In this document: positions 1 through 8,709 of the stretch, in pieces
Layout of the letters: the number at the start of each line of letters is the position of its first letter
Position numbering within the stretch: position 1 is the stretch's first letter
DNA from: Saprolegnia diclina VS20
Taxonomy: Eukaryota
Assembly (NCBI RefSeq): GCF_000281045.1
Contig: NW_008246069.1
Coordinates: 1,196,580-1,237,739 of the forward strand
Direction: 5' to 3'
Length of the DNA stretch: 41,160 nucleotides
Translations under genes and position numbers: made by a program
The notes under the pieces: model-generated
Seen by the model: only the letters and a program-made list of their open reading frames with translations
Database searches by the model: none
Told to the model about the DNA's origin: nothing

Positions 1-1129
1 GTGGATCGGTGTCGCAGCGGTCACCTTGCGCTTCGATGCCGACTTGGGGCGTTCTTCGCGCGCCTTCCTACGCAAGTACAAGATGCGCAAGCGAGGTGCA
101 CACACCTGGTTCGACAAGGTCATCACGAAGAAGATTTTTCATCTGTGGTATCGTGAAGAGGACGACGAAAGCAACACCAAGACTACCAAGGCTCCCGATT
201 ACTTCTGCAGAGCCGTGCACCACGACGAATTTCCTGACCTCTACGCGGCTCGGCTGAAGTCGCCCGAGTGCAAGTGGATGTTCCCCAACGGACCCCTAGC
301 CGGTTTTGAAGCGCACGTTCTTCGCGCGCCTTGCGCTTCAAAACCGGCTAGGGGTCCGTACATCCACTTGCACTCGGGCGACTTCAGCCAAGCCGCGTAG
401 AGGTCAGGAAATTCGTCGTGGTGCACGGCTCTGCAGAAGTAATCGGGAGCCTTGGTAGTCTTGGTGTTGCTTTCGTCGTCCTCTTCACGATACCACAGAT
501 GAAAAATCTTCTTCGTGATGACCTTGTCGAACCAGGTGTGTGCACCTCGCTTGCGCATCTTGTACTTGCGTAGGAGATCGCCAACCTTGAGGCGGGCTTC
601 GCTTTTGCAGTACCGTCCCGTGGCGACGACGGCTGCTTTTCCCTTGCAGGTTGACCTCCGACCTTTTGCGACTTCGCTGATCTCGTTGCCGGGCGTGGCG
701 ATGGCGATGGAGAGAGCCTCCCATCCACGCCGACAAGACCTTGAGTATCGCGTCCGGAGCGACCTTCTCGGCCATGGTAATGAACTCGAGCACGTCGCCG
801 GAGCGTAGCCCCAATTCATTCGCTTGCGGACCGTCGACGTCCGTAATGACAAGCCCTTTGTCGCGAATGACGAGAGTGAACGCCAGCTCGTCGCCCCACT
901 GGAGTCGGTTGCCGTTCTTGACAACAGCGCATGTCGACTCCTTCAGCCAAAGAAAGCGCCGGTACGTCAGTTCGTTCGTATTCTTCTTCGGGCCTTCCTT
1001 CTTGCCCTTGCCCTTGCGCTTGCTGACGTCCTTGTCCTCGTCGGGGTCCTAGTTTTCTTGGCAGCCCACTAAGAGAAGACAACGCTTCGACTTCCGGCTC
1101 CTGAACGGATCCTTCGGGTGGCGCACCAT
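1..1129 (-). pseudogene. Disrupted gene: Lys-rich N-terminus, PDZ-like segment, then a degenerate PARP-zinc-finger-like segment; frameshifted and interrupted by an inverted duplication; runs off the window start
   Basis: One minus frame from ~1050 reads DPDEDKDVSKRKGKGKK...KGLVITDVDGPQANELGLRSGDVLEFI, a PDZ-like GLxxGDxI pattern. The continuation (EISEVAKGRRSTCKGK...EARLKVG...HLWY) is in a different frame, with the shift near 715-730. An ATG lies at 1127-1129 downstream of an Inr/FPR-like element. The 3' part is interrupted by the 66-315 inverted copy. Confidence 0.45.
66..575. repeat. Long near-perfect inverted repeat (arms 66-315 and 332-575, 16-nt loop)
   Basis: The arms are reverse complements except one substitution (251 vs 390) and a 6-nt indel (tcccca, 282-287). 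The same peptide (LRKYKMRKRGAHTWFDK...) appears in ORFs on both strands. Confidence 0.97.
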
Positions 1130-1147
1130 GGTGCGAGCGTTCTCGAT

Positions 1148-1164
1148 GGAAAATTGAAACTGGG
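1148..1164 (-). promoter_or_regulatory. Oomycete Inr+FPR-like core promoter
   Basis: Minus strand CCCAGTTTCAATTTTCC, ~20 nt upstream of the ATG at 1129. It resembles the oomycete YCAYTYYNNNWTTY core element. Confidence 0.4.
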
Positions 1165-1487
1165 TCGTTCTTTCTTGCATCCCGACTTGCGGCAGTTGGC
1201 CTGTCCCAAGTCTAAAGTTATTTCAGAATCTTAGGTGCAATTATGTCGGAACCTCAGCTCAAAACGACCTCGCGCGAGCTATGACTCGGCGAGTGGGGTC
1301 CACCACGGGATGGATCTCTCCGTACGCAGCTCACTCCCAACGACCAAGTGCTAGTGCCAACTCCCACGCATTCAGGCGTAGCGCTACGTATGCGAAGTCT
1401 TTGTGTCATAATGAAGATAACGCGGAACACGTTCATATATAATGGATGCAAAAAACATTGTTATGAAGCAACAATCAAGACGGTCAA

Positions 1488-1958
1488 CTACTCGCGCTTC
1501 ATGTCGATATGCGGAATGCCATGGTCGTCGTAGGGCGCCGAGCCCGGAAGACGCGCAAAGCCAAGGCTGTTGTAGAACGTTTCGAGGTACGCTTGCGCGC
1601 CGAGCTGGCAACCTTGGCCAGGGTACGCGCGCTGTGCGGCCGCGACAGCTTCGTGCATGACCTGGCGTCCGAGGCCCGTCCCGCGGGCCGCCTTGGCGAC
1701 AACGACGCGGCCGATCACGGGCACTGTTTGCGCTGGGCCTTTCGTGCCAGGGCCAAGCACACGCGCGTAGGCCATAATGGCGCCGTCGGCGTTCGTGCCC
1801 ATGACGTGGTGGCACGACTCGAGCAGGTCGAGCCCATCCGGGTCCAAGACGACGCCGTTCTGCTCCACGATGAAAACGTTGGCTCGCAGCTGGAGGATCT
1901 TGTACATGTCGGTCGCCGTGAGCGACGAGAGCGTCTGCGAACGCCATGCGAGGCTCAT
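1488..1958 (-). CDS. elaA: ElaA-like GNAT N-acetyltransferase (156 aa), intronless
   Basis: MSLAW...MYKILQLRANVFIVEQ...DGLD...AYARVL...IGRVVVAKAARGTGLGRQVM...LGAQAYLETFYNSLGF...YDDHGIPHIDM matches the ElaA-family motifs. Start placed at the ATG at 1956-1958. Confidence 0.9.
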   Translation of the reverse strand: MSLAWRSQTLSSLTATDMYKILQLRANVFIVEQNGVVLDPDGLDLLESCHHVMGTNADGAIMAYARVLGPGTKGPAQTVPVIGRVVVAKAARGTGLGRQVMHEAVAAAQRAYPGQGCQLGAQAYLETFYNSLGFARLPGSAPYDDHGIPHIDMKRE

Positions 1959-2814
1959 GGTGGCTTGCGATCTGCCATCGCGGTGGTGGCAGATCCGAAT
2001 ATAAATTTTCAGAGGTTGACCGTTCGCCACCGGTCTGAAACGGCTCCACGTGGCCACGTGGCGTGAAAAATACAGTAAAACACACATTCACCACCTCACT
2101 GAGCACCTGTCGCGCGTGGTGCGTGACTGCTTTGGCTCGCGCCACCAGCGTCCCGGGCAGTGCGCGTCCACGCCCGACGTCGCTTGTCGTCCTAGGTAGT
2201 CGATTGGACGTTTCTAGAAACCAATCATGCAGACGCAGGGTGGTATTAGGGCGTTGGCTCAGATCCCGTGGGTGCTGCTTCGTCGTTTGACACAGTCTAT
2301 GCACGTTAGCAGCACAGCAGCGGCTACCAATGTCGTAAGCATCGACCCAAACGTCAGCAACCCAGTTCAAGTGCCACCCAACCGGGCGACAAGAGCTGCT
2401 AACGTCAATGCAAAAAGAGCGCTCCCACTGTGCGTCGCAGTTACTTGGTGCCGTGCCCATCAACCGCATCCGTAGGTGTCACTACTTGGATCAGACATTA
2501 TTTTGCACCGTCGCTCCAGGCACCCGTGTGCTGCCTGCACTGGTAGCCTTCGTCCGCATCGGGCCATCAAGCTGGACGATGCCACCTGTTGTTCCTGGCC
2601 TCCGCCGTCGAAGAGGTGTGGATGCTTGCGCCTTCTCTACGGCCGTGTTATCTGTGCTTCGAAAAGCCCTTGGTAGCTCTGCGTCCAACAACGCGTCGGT
2701 CGGTGGTGGCGCGAATCGCCGCACCAAGGTGGCAAGCCACGTGTGAAATGTAGTTTTTCACGTGTGAGGGCCCATATTGACTTGTAGAGGGTCGGGACTT
2801 TCGAAATTGGCAGC

Positions 2815-4746
2815 ATGTGGGTGCGCGTGGTGCTGGCGCTGGCGGCGACCGTCGCCGAAGCCTTCTACCTCCCGGGTGTGCAGATGATCACGTACGAGCG
2901 CGGCGACGTGATCCCTCTCTTTGTCAACTCGCTCACGTCGCGTGAGACGCTGCTGCCGATCGAGTACTACAACCTCCCGTTCTGCTCGCCGGCCAAGGTC
3001 GAGTACAAGAGCGAGAACCTCGGCGAGTACTTGAGCGCCAACCGCATCGAGAACTCGCCGTACGAGCTGCGCTTCCTCGAGAACAAGCAGTGCCAGGTCC
3101 TCTGCACCGAGTCGTACACGAAGAAGCAAATCAAGAAGTTTGCGACCATGATCAAGGAGCAGTACCGCATGAACTGGATCGTCGACAACCTCCCAGTCTC
3201 GTCCAAGCGCGACGACATGACCGAGCTCGGCTTCCCGCTCGGCACGTTCAACAAGGAGTTTGATTTGGCGCCGCGCCTCAACAACCACGTGACGATTCGC
3301 ATCAGCTACAACAACATGGTCGACATGACGTCGGGGCCGTCGCCCAACCAAGGCCGCATCGTCGACTTTGAGGTCATCCCGTACAGCTACGACTACAAGG
3401 AGGCGTTTACCGTCAAGGACTCGAAGCCGTTGCGCATGGACATTTGCAGCCCGTCGACAAAGGAGCACCCCGAGCTGTACCTTCCCAACCCCAAGGACGA
3501 CGAGAGCAAGGACGCCAAGGACGCCAAGTCGACGACGGTCTACTGGACGTACAGCGTCGAGTGGAACGAAGACAATACGCGCGAATGGCGCACGCGCTGG
3601 GACATTTACTTTGAGGTCGGCTCGGGCAGCGACGAGGTGCATTGGTTCTCGATCATCAACGCGCTCCTCATCGTGCTCTTCCTCTCGGGCATGGTCGGCA
3701 TGATCCTCATGCGCAGCTTGCACCGCGACATCTCGCGCTACAACCGCGTGCCCACCGAAGAAGAGCGCATGGAAGAGCGCGAAGAGTCGGGCTGGAAGCT
3801 TGTGCACGCCGACGTGTTTCGCCCGCCGACGACGCAGCCAATGCTGTTCTGCGTCATGGTCGGTGTCGGCTTCCAGCTTCTCGGGATGACGCTCGTGACG
3901 CTGCTCTTTGCGGCCATCGGGTTCCTCGCGCCGTCGAACCGCGGCAAGATGATCATTGCGCTCCTCGTCTGCTTTGTGCTCATGGGCATGGTCGCGGGCT
4001 ATGCTTCGTCGCGCATGTACAAGATGTTCAAGGGCAAGCGCTGGCAGCTCAGCACTGTCCTGACCGGCACGCTCTTCCCCGGCATTATGTTTGCGACCTT
4101 TTTTGTGCTCAACCTCTTTGTGTGGGGCGCGGGCTCGGACGCGGCCGTGCCCTTTGGCTCGATGCTGCTCGTGGTCTTTCTCTGGTTTGGTATCTCGGTG
4201 CCGCTCGTCTTCCTCGGGGCGTACTATGGGTTCCGCCAGCCCACGGTCGAGTTTCCCGTCGCGACCAGCAACATTCCGCGCCCGATCCCGCTCCAGCCTT
4301 GGTACATGACCAACGTCATGACGGCGGCGGTCGGCGGGATCCTTCCGTTTGGCGCGATCTTTGTCGAGCTCTTCTTTGTGCTCACATCGCTCTGGACCGA
4401 CAAGTACTACTACGTCTTTGGCTTTCTCCTGCTCTCGTTTGTGATTTTGATTGGCACGTGCGCGGAAATCACGATCGTGCTCACGTACTTTCAGCTCTGC
4501 GGCGAAGACTACAACTGGTGGTGGCGGTCGTTCATCGTCTCGGGCGCGTGCGGCGGCTACGTCATGCTCTACTCGACCTACTACTACTGGACGCGGCTCG
4601 ACGTCAACAACATCATTGGCGCGATGCTCTACTTTGGCTACATGGGCATCATCTCGGGCGCGCTCTCGCTCCTCACGGGCACGATTGGCGTCATGGCGTC
4701 GCTTTGGTTCAACAAGAAGATTTACGCGTCCATCAAGGTCGACTAG
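2815..4746 (+). CDS. EMP70: Transmembrane 9 superfamily / endomembrane protein 70 (nonaspanin, TM9SF2/4-like), 643 aa
   Basis: Signal peptide followed by FYLPGV; ENLGEYL; HWFSIIN; EESGWKLVHADVFRPP; GGILPFGAIFVELFF; EDYNWWWRSF; C-terminal IYASIKVD; nine hydrophobic helices. Confidence 0.97.
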   Translation: MWVRVVLALAATVAEAFYLPGVQMITYERGDVIPLFVNSLTSRETLLPIEYYNLPFCSPAKVEYKSENLGEYLSANRIENSPYELRFLENKQCQVLCTESYTKKQIKKFATMIKEQYRMNWIVDNLPVSSKRDDMTELGFPLGTFNKEFDLAPRLNNHVTIRISYNNMVDMTSGPSPNQGRIVDFEVIPYSYDYKEAFTVKDSKPLRMDICSPSTKEHPELYLPNPKDDESKDAKDAKSTTVYWTYSVEWNEDNTREWRTRWDIYFEVGSGSDEVHWFSIINALLIVLFLSGMVGMILMRSLHRDISRYNRVPTEEERMEEREESGWKLVHADVFRPPTTQPMLFCVMVGVGFQLLGMTLVTLLFAAIGFLAPSNRGKMIIALLVCFVLMGMVAGYASSRMYKMFKGKRWQLSTVLTGTLFPGIMFATFFVLNLFVWGAGSDAAVPFGSMLLVVFLWFGISVPLVFLGAYYGFRQPTVEFPVATSNIPRPIPLQPWYMTNVMTAAVGGILPFGAIFVELFFVLTSLWTDKYYYVFGFLLLSFVILIGTCAEITIVLTYFQLCGEDYNWWWRSFIVSGACGGYVMLYSTYYYWTRLDVNNIIGAMLYFGYMGIISGALSLLTGTIGVMASLWFNKKIYASIKVD

Positions 4747-5006
4747 ACGATGGAGACGACCCAGAGCCTGTATACAACCACTCAACATGCATTTGCTTTG
4801 CTTGTGGACATGCTTGTGTGTTTGAAGTAGTGTACTTGCCGTCACTCGCAGATTTAGGATGGTCCAGTGTCTCAGCTCATGATGTGGTGCTGACGAGGCA
4901 GGCAGCCGGAGACGATTCGGTCACGAGTGCGCGAAAGTCGCTCTTGCTAGCTATGTGATCGCCCACACCTTGGATCGTCGATGCACTGGAGAGCGCCATC
5001 GGAGGT

Positions 5007-5281
5007 TGAAGCGATCGGATTGGTCCGCCCAATTTTATTTTTGTCCAATCAGAGGCAACAAGCACTGGCCTCCCACGCGATCCAAGCGGCGGAGTTGCCA
5101 CCATCACGTTTTTTGGTGCACGCGCATCAACGATGTAGAATGGTAGAAATCACTTTGGTGAGCAGAGCGCGCTTACTGGTGTCGCCGTTGGAGGTCGACA
5201 ACGCGTCCAAGTCGAGCGCGAAAGAAACCAAACGTTAAGAAGCGCTTGATATATGTTATCCAATGGGATGCGCCCATTTCA
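5007..5281 (+). repeat. Diverged ~275-bp non-coding repeat, copy A (CCAAT-rich)
   Basis: Shares collinear identical blocks with 6507-6779: tgaagcgatcggattggtccgc, ccaatcagaggc, cactttggtgagcagagcgc, gtcgacaacg, aagcgcttgatata, atgcgcccatttca. Confidence 0.9.
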
Positions 5282-5527
5282 GAAACGCGATCCAAACGTC
5301 AAACGTCATCATCAGCACAAGCTCGTCAAGGCTACGAGTATGCGATAACGTTCCCTTAGCACAATATATTCACCACTCTATCCAGCATAATAGTAGATTT
5401 TCAAGTCGTGCAATCTTTATCCAACAAAACTCGATACCACAGAGCTTGAGTGTGAGAGTAGTGCATAAGCCGCCAAGCGATTTTCTTAAATATTCACGTG
5501 AGAATGGAATATGATTGCGTTTCGCAT

Positions 5528-5992
5528 CTACTCGGCCGAAACATCGCGGACCATGTCCATGTGCTCGACGGTATAGTGCATGTACGGCGCTGACGTGACG
5601 CGAAAGCCAAAATCTTCGTAAAACGATCGCAAATACGACTGCGCGCCGATCTCAATCGCGTCACGAGGCCACCGTGCACTGCACTCGTCGATCGCGCGCC
5701 GGACGAGCGCCTTCCCGAGGCCTTTGCCGCGCGCATCGGGCGCCGTGAGGACGCGTCCGATCATCGGTCGCCGCTGCGAGTCGTGTTTGGCGCCTGGCCC
5801 GAGGAGCCGCGCGTAGGCGACGACATTGCCCTTCTCCGAGACGTTGAAGAGGTGCAGACAGCGCTTGTCGACGTGGTCGAGATCCAAGTACGCGCTCTTT
5901 TGACCGACGACAAAGATTTGACAGCGCAGGTGTAGAATGTCGTACAAGGTCGACGCCGAGAGTTGGTCAAAGGAACAGCAGACCCACGTCAT
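5528..5992 (-). CDS. elaA: ElaA-like GNAT N-acetyltransferase, second paralogue (154 aa), intronless
   Basis: MTWVCCSFDQLSASTLYDILHLRCQIFVVGQ...DLDHVD...AYARLL...IGRVLTAPDARGKGLGKAL...IGAQSYLRSFYEDFGF. Start placed at the ATG at 5990-5992. Confidence 0.88.
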   Translation of the reverse strand: MTWVCCSFDQLSASTLYDILHLRCQIFVVGQKSAYLDLDHVDKRCLHLFNVSEKGNVVAYARLLGPGAKHDSQRRPMIGRVLTAPDARGKGLGKALVRRAIDECSARWPRDAIEIGAQSYLRSFYEDFGFRVTSAPYMHYTVEHMDMVRDVSAE

Positions 5993-6506
5993 GAGGGAAT
6001 GGTGTTTTTCTAAATATGGCTTGCTGAGTGGCCCCGTTTGTGTGGACCAGACGGCGGCGGACGTTTTCCAGAATATAGACCTGCTGTTGTCCATGCATAT
6101 GGTATCGCTCGTAGCCTTTGCTTGTGGACACTGTGTCTGGGATTGGCGATTGGCGTGATCGATTCCAGTCACGCAGTCGCCGAGACATGCGCCGCCAGCG
6201 AGCGACTCTCCCGTCGCTTGCTGTCACACACACATTTGGTCGTAAAGCTGTCGAGTGCAGAAGATGCGAATAACGTACGCTGTACGTCCAACGATGTAAG
6301 CAAGGCTTGATGTAAGGTACTGGATGTTTTACCCCGAGACCAGAGACGTAGCATTGAGGGTACTACGGATGTCCGAGCTTCCTGCAGTGAGGAAGATCTC
6401 GCTCGGTCACTGCATTCCTGGGAGGGGGCGTGTCTGTAGGTGTAGTAGGAGGATTGCCTCACGAGCCTGGAAACTTGGAAACGGCACTCACACCAAGATA
6501 GCGTTG

Positions 6507-6779
6507 TGAAGCGATCGGATTGGTCCGCTCGAATTCTTTTTGACCAATCAGAGGCGACGCGTCGCCGGCCGCACGCGATCGAAGGGGCGGCGAGGACCGC
6601 CATTCAGTTTTTTTACGCTCGCGCATCAGCATTGCTAAATGATAAAAGACACTTTGGTGAGCAGAGCGCTCGCACTCGCGTCGTCATTGGACGTCGACAA
6701 CGTGTGCAAATCGTGTACGAAAGAATGGAGTGTTAGAAAGCGCTTGATATACGTCAGCCAATGGAATGCGCCCATTTCA
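6507..6779 (+). repeat. Diverged ~275-bp non-coding repeat, copy B
   Basis: Direct, collinear copy of 5007-5281, offset by 1500 bp. Confidence 0.9.
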
Positions 6780-6961
6780 CCAGCCCAGAAACCTGCAAAT
6801 CGATCGGAGTGCCTCGACGAGCTCGTGATATTGCCACAAGTAGCCCAATCCCAATGCCACTACCTTGTCTCACCTTTGTCTTCAACACTCCTTTTCCAAC
6901 AACAACACAAAAGAGTCGAGTACAACGTGGCAAAATGACTTGCAATTTTTCTCGTCCCACC

Positions 6962-8351
6962 TTAGACGCGGCAGACATACGAGTTGGACTGCGTCACGTA
7001 GCGGAGCCAGCGCTTGTATACATAATTCGGGTGCCGGGCGTGCTCGGGGATGCGGAGGTAGCGCACTTGGAGCGTCGAGACGTTGTACATGGGAATCTCA
7101 AAGTTCATCGAGATCGGGCCAATCTCGCGGCGCACGTGCGGGTTGGGCTCCTTGAGCGTAATCTTGGCGCGGAGTGTAAACTCGGCCGTGCCGTTGAAGC
7201 GCTTGATGGCCCAGCGCACTTGGTTTTCATTTTCGCGGAATTCCGCGAGCTGGCCCGCGCCGTTGTTGCCAAGGTCGCACGACACGCTGACCGTCGACGA
7301 CGGCACTGGAAACCGGATGATGACGTTGGCGCCGTAGTTGGTGTCGGGCATGTCGGCGCGGACCTTGACGACCATCTCGATCTTGGTCGGCGACACTTCT
7401 TCAACGTACGGGAAGATCTTGAACGGCGACCGGAACTCGCCCGTCAAGCGGTAGTTCATGACCTAGAGAACCGGTGCGCAATCGTATCAAGTTGATACAA
7501 CATACCGTAAACTCGCCATCGGGCGGCGTAAACGTCAGCACGCGGTCGCGCTCAAACTCGTCGAGCTGGACGCACTCGTGAAAGTTGCAGTCGTCCAGGA
7601 TCACCTGGTTGTATGTGTTGCCAAACGGGCGGTGGTTGCCGGCGCCAATGACGAGGTCTTCGTTGAGCGCGAGCCGGAGCTCCGGGTTGCCCTGGAGGTA
7701 CGACTTCATCTGGATCTTGCCTTCAATGCTCGCGTTGAGCATTTGGCCGCTCGACGAGAAGACCACGTTGAGGCGCTCGAGAATGTCACAGAAAAGCTCG
7801 TTCTCACTCTTCTTGTTGGTCTGCTGGCCGTTCGCGACAGGCTTCCGGACCGCGTTGGCGGCCTTGATGTTCGAGTGGCGGTTCATCATCGAGTTGAACT
7901 TTTGCTCCTTCGCGAGCGCGGCCTCGCCCACCAAGATGGCTTCGTTGTGCACATGCACCTTGAGCCCTTCGGTGCTCGTGTCCTGCGCAAAGCCAAAGTC
8001 GAGCGTCTCGTCCAAGAGCTCGTAGCACAAGATAAAGTTCTTGCGCAATGTCTCTTCCGAGAGCACGCCGCAGTAGTCCTTGAAGACGCGGCAGAGGCGC
8101 GTGAGGAGCTCGAGGATGTACGCTGGCGACACATTGAAGCGCGTCGTCGCCACAAAGTAGAGGCCATTCTTCTTGACGTACAAATAGTTGACGCCATCGA
8201 CGTGGAAGGCCGGCGGCGCGTCGCCCTTGTCCCAGAACTTGACCTTGCGGAAGAAGATCTCGCTGCTGTCGGACGGGATATCGCCGCGAAAGTCGTTGGC
8301 GAGCACCGTGTCGCCGCGGCTGCTGAGGATGTAGAACTGCGAGATCGACAT
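6962..8351 (-). CDS. AP4M1: Adaptor protein complex AP-4 mu subunit (448 aa, 2 exons)
   Basis: Exons 8351-7506 and 7462-6962; 43-nt GTATG...CTAG intron at 7505-7463 joins PPDGEFT|VMNYR. MSISQFYILSSRGD...FFRKVKFW...KDYCGVLSEETLRKNF...MKSYLQGNPELRLALNEDL...KRWLRYVTQSNSYVCRV resembles plant/protist AP4M. Confidence 0.93.
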
Positions 8352-8709
8352 GCTCGTCTCGTGCGTCGTCGTCGTCGTCAACTGACTTGGCCCCTGAAAT
8401 TGCACTGCCGGATACCGTGCCAATTCCGGATACCGTGTAGCAACGCGCCACGCGGCCCCATACTACGAGGCATGCCTCTGCTGCACGGATCGCGCCGTCG
8501 AGCTCGCAGGATGCGCTGGGAGCACAGCCTCGCAGAATGAGCTGCCAGCAATGGCTACGCTGCCCTGGCACCATGGCGGCAACAAGCCGCAACAACGGTC
8601 CTCGGTGGCAACAGCCGGTGATAACGACGAGCGCGGAGGTTGTGTCTGGTCGTCAGCACGTAGAACTTGCGCGTGGATAATACTCAAAGGACGTGCATCT
8701 ATTACGCAG

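Noticed and set aside
26..400. Plus-strand 124-aa ORF as an independent gene
   Set aside because: It is the inverted copy of the minus-strand gene fragment and reads through the hairpin.
2758..4958. 695-aa antisense ORF (2758-4845) and 438-aa alternate-frame ORF (3642-4958)
   Set aside because: Shadows of the GC3-rich TM9SF coding sequence with no recognisable motifs. The same applies to the long antisense ORFs over the kinases, AP-4 mu, ABCG and GH17.
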